DNA of 64,000 nt, from IMG/VR virus record IMGVR_UViG_642918882_000001, positions 4,091 to 68,090 of that record, one strand, 5' to 3'. Below are positions 55,995 to 63,205 of this stretch, in pieces. A program made the translations under genes and the position numbers. This stretch comes from a virus. Lineage: Duplodnaviria; Caudoviricetes. Position 1 is the first letter of the stretch, and every line of letters starts with the position of its first letter. The notes beneath the pieces were generated by a model. That model did no database searches and was not told the origin of the DNA. It worked only from the letters and a program-made list of their open reading frames with translations.

Positions 55995-56207
55995 CTACGC
56001 GATCGTGTACTCGTAGAGGCTGGCGATCTTCCATCCGCGCTCGCCGACGCGTTCGTGGAGACGGCCGGACTGCCCGTTCCCCTGGAGCTTCACGTCGTGC
56101 TCCTCCACGAAATCGAGGAGCGCGCGGCGGGCCTTGGCGGCGTCTTCGTGCTCGCTCTCGACCACAACGCTGGAGTCGGCGGTGGCGGTGATGGTCAGCT
56201 TGGTCAT
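55995..56207 (-). CDS. 70-aa protein under repeat cassette
   Basis: ATG follows the cassette SD. Confidence 0.75.
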   Translation of the reverse strand: MTKLTITATADSSVVVESEHEDAAKARRALLDFVEEHDVKLQGNGQSGRLHERVGERGWKIASLYEYTIA

Positions 56208-56213
56208 GGGGAT

Positions 56214-56276
56214 CCTCTCCGGCGGGTACGTCCCGCCTTCATGATCCCATAATACCACGGTTGTCGGGATTGTCAA
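56214..56276 (-). promoter_or_regulatory. repeat cassette
   Basis: TTGACA ATCCCGACAACCGTGG TATTAT ... GGCGGG ACGTA CCCGCC GGAGAGG ATCCCC ATG. Confidence 0.85.
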
Positions 56277-56602
56277 CACGGCGACGCCGCCAGGTACAGG
56301 TGCTCGGCCAGCCACGCCGCCGAGCGCCGGTCACGGCAGATCCGCGTCGTGGCACGCTGGCCCTGACGGTGCGAGCACAGGTCGCAGTGCGGAGCGATGT
56401 TTTCCCGCCGGTACGTGCCTCCCCGCTCGCAGGGGATGATCCTGTCGGCGAAGAGGTCCACGTCGTCCGGCCCGCACAGCACGCCGCACTCCCAGCACGG
56501 CACCGTCTCGCCATCGCCGCCCCAGCCCGCCTCCGGCGACAGGAGCCACGCCTTGCGCCGTGCCCGGTCGACGGAGTTGCCGCGATGGTTACCGTTAGGC
56601 AT
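56273..56602 (-). CDS. HNH endonuclease-like protein
   Basis: CWEC...DRIIP...GG....NI...CDLC. Confidence 0.8.
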   Translation of the reverse strand: MPNGNHRGNSVDRARRKAWLLSPEAGWGGDGETVPCWECGVLCGPDDVDLFADRIIPCERGGTYRRENIAPHCDLCSHRQGQRATTRICRDRRSAAWLAEHLYLAASPC

Positions 56603-56693
56603 CGCGTTGCTCCCAACGCTGGCGCTGGTAGTCGATGCCGATCGCGAACCCCTGGACGAACCCCAGGACGAGGACGAACAGGTTCCCGGTCAT
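56595..56693 (-). CDS. 32-aa TM peptide
   Basis: ATGA overlap; hydrophobic core. Confidence 0.45.
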   Translation of the reverse strand: MTGNLFVLVLGFVQGFAIGIDYQRQRWEQRDA

Positions 56694-56854
56694 CCGTCGC
56701 ACTCGCGATCGGCGCGGTGGACGAGGTGGCACGTGCCGCAGAGGATCTCTCCCCGGTTGACCGTGAAGTCGGCGAGCGTCATGCTCTCCCCGCCGTCCCA
56801 CTCCGGCAACTCGAAGTCGTCCGGCGACTCGAACGGGTCGACCGGCGCGCTCAC
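56690..56854 (-). CDS. small Cys/His protein
   Basis: GTGA overlap; CGTCHLVH. Confidence 0.55.
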   Translation of the reverse strand: MSAPVDPFESPDDFELPEWDGGESMTLADFTVNRGEILCGTCHLVHRADRECDG

Positions 56855-57021
56855 CAGAACACCGCCACGATCGGCCCTGCCGTCACCACGGCGAGCGTCA
56901 GCATCCCGAGGCCCACCATGACGCGCTGCTCCGGCTCCCACGCCTGCGTGGCCGGAGGGCGTACGTGCGACGCCGCCTCGCGCCGGAGCAACCGCTCCCG
57001 CTTACCCATGGGTCTCGTCAT
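56851..57021 (-). CDS. small membrane protein
   Basis: SD GGAGG; C-terminal TM. Confidence 0.55.
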   Translation of the reverse strand: MTRPMGKRERLLRREAASHVRPPATQAWEPEQRVMVGLGMLTLAVVTAGPIVAVFW

Positions 57022-57176
57022 CTGGATCCGTCCTCCTTGCGCCAGGGGCAGTCGATGTCGTGCCCGAACACGAAGCCGCACATCTCGCACCGGCCGTCCA
57101 GGGTGACCAGCCACGCGATGAACTCGACGCTGGTCCTCGGGAACCCGAGGCGGTGCCGACCCTCGTACTCAGGCAC
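57018..57176 (-). CDS. 52-aa protein not in ORF track (CxxC...HxxxC)
   Basis: SD GGAGG; fills the gap, ending in an ATGA overlap. Confidence 0.5.
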   Translation of the reverse strand: MPEYEGRHRLGFPRTSVEFIAWLVTLDGRCEMCGFVFGHDIDCPWRKEDGSR

Positions 57177-57525
57177 CGGGAACACCTCCCCAGCATTCCG
57201 GCCACAACTCGCCGACCTCGCACTGGTCGAACGTGGTCGGCGTGCCGTCGGTGACCGTCCCCTGCCACTCGGGATTGTTCAGGTCGCGGATCGTCATCGA
57301 CCACTGGTCCGGCCACGGGATGAGCTGCGGAGGTGTGCCCGGCGTGCAGACCGGCGGGTTGCCGGAGCACACCGGCGGCGTGCCGGGGATCATCTGCACC
57401 CACGCTGGCGTGAACTCGCGGTCGATCACGGTGCCGTGGGCCGGTACCGGCTGATCGCCGCCGCACGCCGCGAGGGGCGCGATCAGGGCCGCGAGAGCGA
57501 CCGCCACTGATGCACGCTGCATCAC
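57169..57525 (-). CDS. putative lipoprotein
   Basis: Signal peptide with LAAC lipobox. Confidence 0.7.
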   Translation of the reverse strand: MMQRASVAVALAALIAPLAACGGDQPVPAHGTVIDREFTPAWVQMIPGTPPVCSGNPPVCTPGTPPQLIPWPDQWSMTIRDLNNPEWQGTVTDGTPTTFDQCEVGELWPECWGGVPGA

Positions 57526-57854
57526 GGGTTCACCTCCGCTCTCATCTGGCGCTCTGCCTGCTCGAATGCGAATAACGCCTCACGGTTGGCGTCGAGGAAC
57601 ATCATCAGACGTTCCTCGCTGGTGCCGCCGACGGCTTTACGTGCGGACACCCACTCGACTCCGGCGGTCCACGCGATGATGTCCATAACCAGACGGCCGT
57701 GAATGCCCATGTTCTTCCAGTGGGCATAGTCGACGTACCCTGCCGGTGACCTCCATCCGAGGCGTTCGGTGCCGACCAGAACCTTGAGCAAGGTCCACCC
57801 GAGATCGGCACATAGTTCTGTCAACGGCTGATCCGGATCGCTCTCCGCACTCAC
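57522..57854 (-). CDS. hypothetical protein with atypical codon usage, flanked by 16-bp direct repeats
   Basis: GGAGGTGAACCCGTGA at both ends. Confidence 0.6.
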   Translation of the reverse strand: MSAESDPDQPLTELCADLGWTLLKVLVGTERLGWRSPAGYVDYAHWKNMGIHGRLVMDIIAWTAGVEWVSARKAVGGTSEERLMMFLDANREALFAFEQAERQMRAEVNP

Positions 57855-57866
57855 GGGTTCACCTCC
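57522..57866. repeat. 16-bp direct repeat at 57522-57537 and 57851-57866
   Basis: tcacgggttcacctcc occurs twice; both upstream ORFs end EVNP*. Confidence 0.85.
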
Positions 57867-58138
57867 AAACCACAGGCCTGCCGGAGCAGGTTCTCGATGC
57901 ACCAGCCGGGGTCGGCGTGGACGCGGGTGCCGTCGGTGAGCGACACCGTGACGGTCAGCTCGGGGAGGTGCGTGTACTCATCGCCGTAGTCGCTGGTCCC
58001 CTGGTCGCCCTCGGACCACGTCACGTCGATGCCGGAGATCTCACGGGCCTCGACGGTCATCGACCGCTCGGGCCTCATCCACCCGAAGGCCAACCGGCCG
58101 CTGACGTGGTCGGCGAGGGCCTCGCGGAACGCGGTCAC
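57851..58138 (-). CDS. hypothetical protein
   Basis: GTGA overlap. Confidence 0.6.
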   Translation of the reverse strand: MTAFREALADHVSGRLAFGWMRPERSMTVEAREISGIDVTWSEGDQGTSDYGDEYTHLPELTVTVSLTDGTRVHADPGWCIENLLRQACGLEVNP

Positions 58139-58323
58139 AGGTCGAACCACTCGTCGTAGGCGTCCGACACGGCGCTGTCCAGGGTCACGTCGCCGTAGCG
58201 ATCGTTGACCATGGCGTCGGCCGCGAGCTGCGCGACTCCGTCGATGTCGTTGGCGTCCATGACGCCGTAGGCGATGACCGCGTCGCGGATGACGCTGGGC
58301 TCGGGGATCGTGATCGCTGCCAT
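58135..58323 (-). CDS. 62-aa acidic protein under repeat cassette
   Basis: ATG follows the cassette SD. Confidence 0.75.
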   Translation of the reverse strand: MAAITIPEPSVIRDAVIAYGVMDANDIDGVAQLAADAMVNDRYGDVTLDSAVSDAYDEWFDL

Positions 58324-58328
58324 GGGTT

Positions 58329-58392
58329 CCTCTCCCGCCGGGTCCGTCCCGGCTTCTGGTGACTACAATACCACGGTTGTCGGGATTGTCAA
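58329..58392 (-). promoter_or_regulatory. repeat cassette; stem variant GCCGGG/CCCGGC
   Basis: TTGACA ATCCCGACAACCGTGG TATTGT ... GCCGGG ACGGA CCCGGC GGGAGAGG AACCC ATG. Confidence 0.85.
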
Positions 58393-58416
58393 CCCACCTC
58401 GTGGCCTCGGTCAACG

Positions 58417-58611
58417 TCAGATGTCGAGCCCGCCTCGACGCAGGTTGGCGATCGTGTTCTTGACCGATCGCCAGTCCGACGCCGACGACGCGATGACCGC
58501 GATCATCCGGCCCTCGACATACACCTTGTAGTGCCCGTTGCGCTTCGACTTCTCGACCGTCGCCCCGGCATTCTCGGCCATGGCGATCAGGTCTTGGCAT
58601 TCCTTCGACAT
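58417..58611 (-). CDS. HicA-like (dsRBD-fold) protein
   Basis: 64 aa with pattern G.TVE....GHYKV.....SSASDWRS..N....LRR.G. Confidence 0.7.
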   Translation of the reverse strand: MSKECQDLIAMAENAGATVEKSKRNGHYKVYVEGRMIAVIASSASDWRSVKNTIANLRRGGLDI

Positions 58612-58625
58612 ACCCCGCCTGCGGC

Positions 58626-58781
58626 TCACAGCGCACCGCCGTGGGTGTCGCAGACCGTCGCGGACCGACCGCACAGCTCGCCCTGTCCCTGGGCTTCCAG
58701 GGCCGTCGCGATGCGTTCGAGCGCGTCGATGGCGCGCTCCGCCAGCTTTACCACCTGGCGTGTGTCCGGCATACCGAGCAT
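58626..58781 (-). CDS. 51-aa protein
   Basis: SD GAGAGG; ALERIATALE coil. Confidence 0.55.
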   Translation of the reverse strand: MLGMPDTRQVVKLAERAIDALERIATALEAQGQGELCGRSATVCDTHGGAL

Positions 58782-58855
58782 GGGGATCCTCTCGTAGATG
58801 GCTGTCCTACCCAGCCGATCCCGGCCCCCTCGCGGGGACCGGGTGGCTGTGGCGG

Positions 58856-59215
58856 CTACCAGCGGGCCGGGACTCCGGCGGCGACGCCTTCGCGCACCTT
58901 CCGCTCCGCGATAGCGCGGGCCTCTTTGAGCGTCCGGACGTAGGTGTACTTGCCGCTGGTCTCGGGGTCGATGTAGTTGCCCTCGTCGTCGTAGAGCGGG
59001 GCCTGCCAATCGTTGACTAGGTAGGTCTTGTCGGCTCCGTACGCCTCGATGAACACCTTGTGCGACCGCGCGACGACGACGCGCGTGTCCCCCATCTTGA
59101 CTCCGAAGCCCTTCACCGTGCCGCGCTTCAGCCGGACGGGGAACTCGATCACGTCGAGCTTGGCAGCCTCGGCGGTGGTCTCGGCGGTGGTCTCGAACAA
59201 CATTGCCTCGGTCAT
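58856..59215 (-). CDS. 119-aa protein under repeat cassette
   Basis: ATG follows the cassette SD; hairpin 58812-58849 downstream. Confidence 0.75.
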   Translation of the reverse strand: MTEAMLFETTAETTAEAAKLDVIEFPVRLKRGTVKGFGVKMGDTRVVVARSHKVFIEAYGADKTYLVNDWQAPLYDDEGNYIDPETSGKYTYVRTLKEARAIAERKVREGVAAGVPARW

Positions 59216-59220
59216 TTCGA

Positions 59221-59283
59221 CCCTTCCCGGCGGGTCCATCCCGCCTCCACAAAGAACAATACCACAATGGTCGGGGTTGTCAA
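59221..59283 (-). promoter_or_regulatory. repeat cassette
   Basis: TTGACA ACCCCGACCATTGTGG TATTGT ... GGCGGG ATGGA CCCGCC GGGAAGGG TCGAA ATG. Confidence 0.85.
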
Positions 59284-59495
59284 CACCGTGCCGGAAAATT
59301 CCATCCCTCGACGTGATTGTGCTGGTAGAACAACCGGTCGACGCGATCGGAGGCCCAGTGGAGATCCAGTTCCCAGGCGATCTGGACGTAGATCGGGTTA
59401 CGCCGGATGAACGCCTGAGCCATGTGGTTGTGCTCGACGTGGGCAGGGCACTCGATGTCGTTTCGGCGATCGGCGCAGGTGCAGGGGTACATCAT
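59280..59495 (-). CDS. hypothetical protein
   Basis: SD GAGGAGG. Confidence 0.55.
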   Translation of the reverse strand: MMYPCTCADRRNDIECPAHVEHNHMAQAFIRRNPIYVQIAWELDLHWASDRVDRLFYQHNHVEGWNFPARC

Positions 59496-59872
59496 CCCCT
59501 CCTCTCGTCCACGCCGGTCCACGCCTTGTCGTGCGGAGGCGCGAGGCCGTTGCTGGTCGCGAGCACGGCGTTGCAGTACCGGCACATGCCCTCACCGACG
59601 CGGGACATCTGCAACTCGCGGCCGACGCCGGGACACGGGCCGGGAGGGTTCTGCCCGATCCTGCGCTGATCGAACCCCTCCTGAGGGGCGTCGACCACGG
59701 CGGGCCTGCGGACGCACCAGGCGTCCGGCAGGGAGCCACCACGACTCAGCCATCCGTCGATCGCCAGCACCAGTTCGGCCATCCGGCCGGTGTCGGCGTG
59801 ATCGCTGCGGCTCTCGTCCACGTGCTCGGCGGCGATGCTCCGCAGTTCTTCGAGAGCGGCCTCGATGTCCAT
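59492..59872 (-). CDS. hypothetical protein
   Basis: LDGWLSRGG.LP..W-like motif; coupled to neighbours. Confidence 0.6.
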   Translation of the reverse strand: MDIEAALEELRSIAAEHVDESRSDHADTGRMAELVLAIDGWLSRGGSLPDAWCVRRPAVVDAPQEGFDQRRIGQNPPGPCPGVGRELQMSRVGEGMCRYCNAVLATSNGLAPPHDKAWTGVDERRG

Positions 59873-60051
59873 CACCACTTCATCCCTTCGCACTCGCAGC
59901 CCTCGATCTTGCACGGTCCGGAGTTGGGCCGGTGATCACTCCGGAAGTGCCCACAGCGACGGTCGTCGCAGAGGTTGTTCGGCCCCTTGCGCGGCTTCCT
60001 GGCGGCGGACGCCGCGCCACGGAAGGCGCGGGTCCGCGACGGCGCGCTCAC
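59872..60051 (-). CDS. small Cys/His-rich protein
   Basis: CGH...H...C....C.C. Confidence 0.5.
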   Translation of the reverse strand: MSAPSRTRAFRGAASAARKPRKGPNNLCDDRRCGHFRSDHRPNSGPCKIEGCECEGMKW

Positions 60052-60470
60052 CGCGCGTTCTCCGGATGGAACGGGCACTCGTCAAAATGACGGCGTCCGG
60101 CGGTCGCGGCGCAGACCGGGCAGTCGCTCAGGGTGGTCTCGTCGGCGTCGACCGGCTCGGAGATCAGGCCCCGCAGATAGGTGAGGTTCTCGACGTGCTG
60201 CTCGTCGGCCTCGATCCGGCGACGGATCGCAGCGGCGTCGCGGCGAGCCTTCTCGGCAGCGGCGTCGACACCCATCTGACGGCCGATCGTGAGACCGGTC
60301 TCGAACTCGACCTCACGGCGCGAGTCGCGGGTATGTCCGGCGAGCAGGGTGCCGTCGGTCCGGTAGACCATGGCGGTGTAGGTCGCGCGCAGGTCGGCGT
60401 CGACCTGCTTGGTGTAATGCACCACGAAAGCGCCGTGGAACTCAACCTTGGTGTCGATGATGCCGGTCAT
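60048..60470 (-). CDS. 140-aa protein under repeat cassette
   Basis: ATG follows the cassette SD. Confidence 0.75.
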   Translation of the reverse strand: MTGIIDTKVEFHGAFVVHYTKQVDADLRATYTAMVYRTDGTLLAGHTRDSRREVEFETGLTIGRQMGVDAAAEKARRDAAAIRRRIEADEQHVENLTYLRGLISEPVDADETTLSDCPVCAATAGRRHFDECPFHPENAR

Positions 60471-60475
60471 GATGA

Positions 60476-60541
60476 CCCCTTTCTCGGCGGGTCCGTCCCG
60501 CCTTCTGATAACCACAATACCACGGTTGTCGGTATTGTCAA
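60476..60541 (-). promoter_or_regulatory. repeat cassette (perfect ACAATACC-N9-GGTATTGT)
   Basis: TTGACA ATACCGACAACCGTGG TATTGT ... GGCGGG ACGGA CCCGCC GAGAAAGGGG TCATC ATG. Confidence 0.85.
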
Positions 60542-60557
60542 CACCGGATCCCGCAAC

Positions 60558-60594
60558 GAAAAACGACCGCCCTGGTGGACCCAGGACGGCCGTT
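60558..60594 (-). terminator. intrinsic terminator with U-tract
   Basis: Minus strand AACGGCCGUCCUGG-GUCCA-CCAGGGCGGUCGUU followed by UUU. Confidence 0.7.
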
Positions 60595-60612
60595 CCTCGT
60601 CACCCGGCCGGA

Positions 60613-61101
60613 TCAGTAATGGTCGAACGGACTCTCGATCAGGCCGCCGCGTGCGAAGCCGCCGCGAGGTGCGCGAGACCGGGACGGACGCTCGTCCAGC
60701 ACGGCCCCGAACGGACCCATGACCTCGCGGACCGCCTCGACCTCTTCGGACGGCTCCGGACCGAGACGCTCGCCCTCGGTCATCAGGTGGAGCGTCGGCC
60801 AGTTCGCCTTGCCGACGAACTCCAACAGGGCGGGCCAGTTGAACCGGTCGCGGGTCTCACCGGTCAGCGCCCACCGGACGCTGCGGCCGACCCGCCAGCC
60901 GACGGCGGCGAAGGCGTACTCGCGTCCGGACATGTACTTGCGGAAGGCGACGACGACCGGCTTGTCGGCCAGCACCTCGGGCATCTTCGGCCTGGCCGCG
61001 ATCTCGGCGAGCCGTGCCGCCTCGGCCTCGGCGACCGCGAGACGGTTCGCCTCTTCCATCAACTTCGCGGCCTCGGCGCGGAGTTCTGCTGCTGTTGCCA
61101 T
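60613..61101 (-). CDS. hypothetical protein
   Basis: SD AGGGG; 162 aa. Confidence 0.7.
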   Translation of the reverse strand: MATAAELRAEAAKLMEEANRLAVAEAEAARLAEIAARPKMPEVLADKPVVVAFRKYMSGREYAFAAVGWRVGRSVRWALTGETRDRFNWPALLEFVGKANWPTLHLMTEGERLGPEPSEEVEAVREVMGPFGAVLDERPSRSRAPRGGFARGGLIESPFDHY

Positions 61102-61132
61102 GGTCCCCTGTTCCTTTCTCCGGTGTCGGGAT

Positions 61133-61161
61133 CCCGGCCGGGGGACGTTCCCCCGGCCGGG
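61133..61161. terminator. 12-bp GC hairpin after the DUF932-like gene
   Basis: CCCGGCCGGGGG-ACGTT-CCCCCGGCCGGG. Confidence 0.65.
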
Positions 61162-61174
61162 TCGTGCTGTGCCG

Positions 61175-62233
61175 TCAGGCGTCGATCAGGGCCTTCGGGT
61201 TGCGGAACGCCTCCCATGCGCGGGCCTTGATCTCTCCGCCGCCGCCGTTGATCGTGCGCAGCGCCCGCTTCACGTCGACGTTGTCCTTGCCACGGACCGG
61301 CATGTAGTGGTCGACCCACTCGGTCACGGCGTTGTAGCCGCCGAACGCGACGCCACGGAAGTCATCGACCGTCGCCGACGACCGGTAGATCTCGAAGGCC
61401 TCCGTCGCCATCTGCGTCCGCTGCGACGCCGACCGCGACTCGGGGTCGACCTTGTCGACCTCGAACACGCTCCGCATGATGGCAAACGTCTCGACGTTCG
61501 ACATCTCGATCTTCGCCATCTCCTCGACCTCGGCGACGTAGGTGTCCTGGTACTTCCACGTCAGGCCCAGGATCCGCCGGACCTCTTCCAACCGGACCTG
61601 CGCCTCCCCGGTGTGCCGGATCGAGACGCGGGACACGGCCGCCCGTTCCGCCATCCGCTGCGTGTTCGCGCAGACGACGCGAACCGGGCTGATGTTCGCG
61701 ACCAGGCTGCCGCCGCCGTCGTGGTGGTTGAAGATCGACAGGTACAGGTCGGTCACGTCGCGCTTCCCGGTGATCGGGCTGACCAGTTCCATGTGGTCGG
61801 GCATCTTCATGGTCACGAAGGTGCGGCGTCCGCCGTCGAGGCTTCCGCCGGTCTCGATCACCGCGCCGGACTCGTCGGTGATGTCGAACAGGAGCTTGGT
61901 CGTCCACTCGTTCTGGAACGGGGTCCAGAACGATCCGACCACCCCGAGAGGCTCTACCTTCCCGTTGATCGGGTTCGTGCGGACCGTGACGAACTTGCCG
62001 GGGATGTCGACCATCTCGGTCTCGTCGTCGCCGCCCTCGGAGAGGTTGGCCTGGAGGGGGATCTTGCGAACGTCCCAGCCCCGCATGTGGGCGGCGTCGA
62101 GGAACTCGTCGGCCGTCATCGCGTGGCCGACCGCCTGGCCGAGCTTGTGCCACGCGTCGACCTTGCCGTTCGCGGAGACGCGGCTGTCGGCGAAGCTGCT
62201 CACTCCGTCCGTGGTGTCGATCTCATGCGCCAT
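61175..62233 (-). CDS. DUF932-like (phage/plasmid) protein under repeat cassette
   Basis: AWHKLG, LGVVGS.W.P.QN, ETGGSL.GG, NHHDG, PVRVVCANT, IRHT and YNAVTEW.DH motifs. Confidence 0.85.
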   Translation of the reverse strand: MAHEIDTTDGVSSFADSRVSANGKVDAWHKLGQAVGHAMTADEFLDAAHMRGWDVRKIPLQANLSEGGDDETEMVDIPGKFVTVRTNPINGKVEPLGVVGSFWTPFQNEWTTKLLFDITDESGAVIETGGSLDGGRRTFVTMKMPDHMELVSPITGKRDVTDLYLSIFNHHDGGGSLVANISPVRVVCANTQRMAERAAVSRVSIRHTGEAQVRLEEVRRILGLTWKYQDTYVAEVEEMAKIEMSNVETFAIMRSVFEVDKVDPESRSASQRTQMATEAFEIYRSSATVDDFRGVAFGGYNAVTEWVDHYMPVRGKDNVDVKRALRTINGGGGEIKARAWEAFRNPKALIDA

Positions 62234-62240
62234 GGTGGAT

Positions 62241-62313
62241 TCCTTCCGTCGGGTGGCGGGTCCGTCCCGCCTGGCTACCCTGTTCACAATACCGAGATCC
62301 TCGGGATTGTCAA
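62241..62313 (-). promoter_or_regulatory. repeat cassette with a 7-nt ACCCGAC insert before the SD
   Basis: TTGACA ATCCCGAGGATCTCGG TATTGT ... GGCGGG ACGGA CCCGCC ACCCGAC GGAAGGA. Confidence 0.85.
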
Positions 62314-62360
62314 CAGGGTGCCGGGACTGTTTTGGCTGGTCACAGCCCCGGCACTCCCCG

Positions 62361-62597
62361 TTACTCGCCGTGGGCAACCCACAGGGCCGCGTGGATGGCG
62401 CGAACACCGGCGGCGTCGAGGTCGATCACGGCGACGCGGGTGCCCATGGAACCGGCGGTGCCCTGCGCGATGGCCTTCCCGAGGTCGTCCCAGGTGATGA
62501 TGCCGACGTTCTCCTGCGCGGCGATCATGCCGTCGAGGAGGCTGCCGCCCTCGACCTCGACCGGCTCGGGGTTGCCCTGCGCGATGTAAACGATCAT
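62361..62597 (-). CDS. 78-aa protein under repeat cassette
   Basis: ATG follows the cassette SD; hairpin 62316-62356 downstream. Confidence 0.75.
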   Translation of the reverse strand: MIVYIAQGNPEPVEVEGGSLLDGMIAAQENVGIITWDDLGKAIAQGTAGSMGTRVAVIDLDAAGVRAIHAALWVAHGE

Positions 62598-62602
62598 GGT
62601 GT

Positions 62603-62666
62603 CCTCTCCCGGCGGGTCCGTCCCGCCTCACACCAACCACAATACCGACATCTGAGGGATTGTCAA
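62603..62666 (-). promoter_or_regulatory. repeat cassette (leftward member of a divergent pair)
   Basis: TTGACA ATCCCTCAGATGTCGG TATTGT ... GGCGGG ACGGA CCCGCC GGGAGAGG ACACC ATG. Confidence 0.85.
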
Positions 62667-62702
62667 CCGACACCGGTGAGATCCACGTCACACCGTCAGG
62701 GA

Positions 62703-62766
62703 TGGACAATCCCGACAACCGTGGTATTGTGGAACACGTAGGCGGGACGGACCCGCCGGAAGGGAG
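62703..62766 (+). promoter_or_regulatory. repeat cassette (rightward member of a divergent pair)
   Basis: TGGACA ATCCCGACAACCGTGG TATTGT ... GGCGGG ACGGA CCCGCC GGAAGGGAG. Confidence 0.85.
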
Positions 62767-62774
62767 CGACAACC

Positions 62775-62948
62775 ATGGCGCAGGACGTGAACCTCGGAGC
62801 AGTGTTCGATGACGCCCTGACCGCCGACGAGTGGTGGGACGAGTTCAACGCGAACGCGTGCTGCCCCGACAGTGTCACCGCAGCCGCCCGCCTGTGCGGG
62901 TGCGGCGGCAGCGGACGTATCCCCACCGGTATCAGCCGGTTGCTCTGA
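62775..62948 (+). CDS. 57-aa Cys-containing protein not in ORF track
   Basis: MAQDVNLGAV...CCPDS...CGCGG...RLL, directly after the cassette. Confidence 0.7.
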   Translation: MAQDVNLGAVFDDALTADEWWDEFNANACCPDSVTAAARLCGCGGSGRIPTGISRLL

Positions 62949-62959
62949 GAGGACATCGC

Positions 62960-63205
62960 ATGATCGAGATCGAAGTCGTCGGCGTGAAGGACGGGCACCC
63001 CGTCCGGCACGTCGAGCGGCAGGACGGGACCACCGTCCAGGCCGCAGTCGAGTGGCTGGACCCCGAAGTCCGCCGCACCATGGGAGAGAAGGTGCTGATC
63101 CGGCACGTAGTCACCGCCGACGAGGACGGCCAGTGCCTCGCGTACCGGCGGGTCGGCGGCGAGATCGTCGCCTTCGCCAACGTCTTCGAGGTGGTCGGAG
63201 AATGA
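62960..63205 (+). CDS. hypothetical protein
   Basis: SD GAGAGG. Confidence 0.65.
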   Translation: MIEIEVVGVKDGHPVRHVERQDGTTVQAAVEWLDPEVRRTMGEKVLIRHVVTADEDGQCLAYRRVGGEIVAFANVFEVVGE

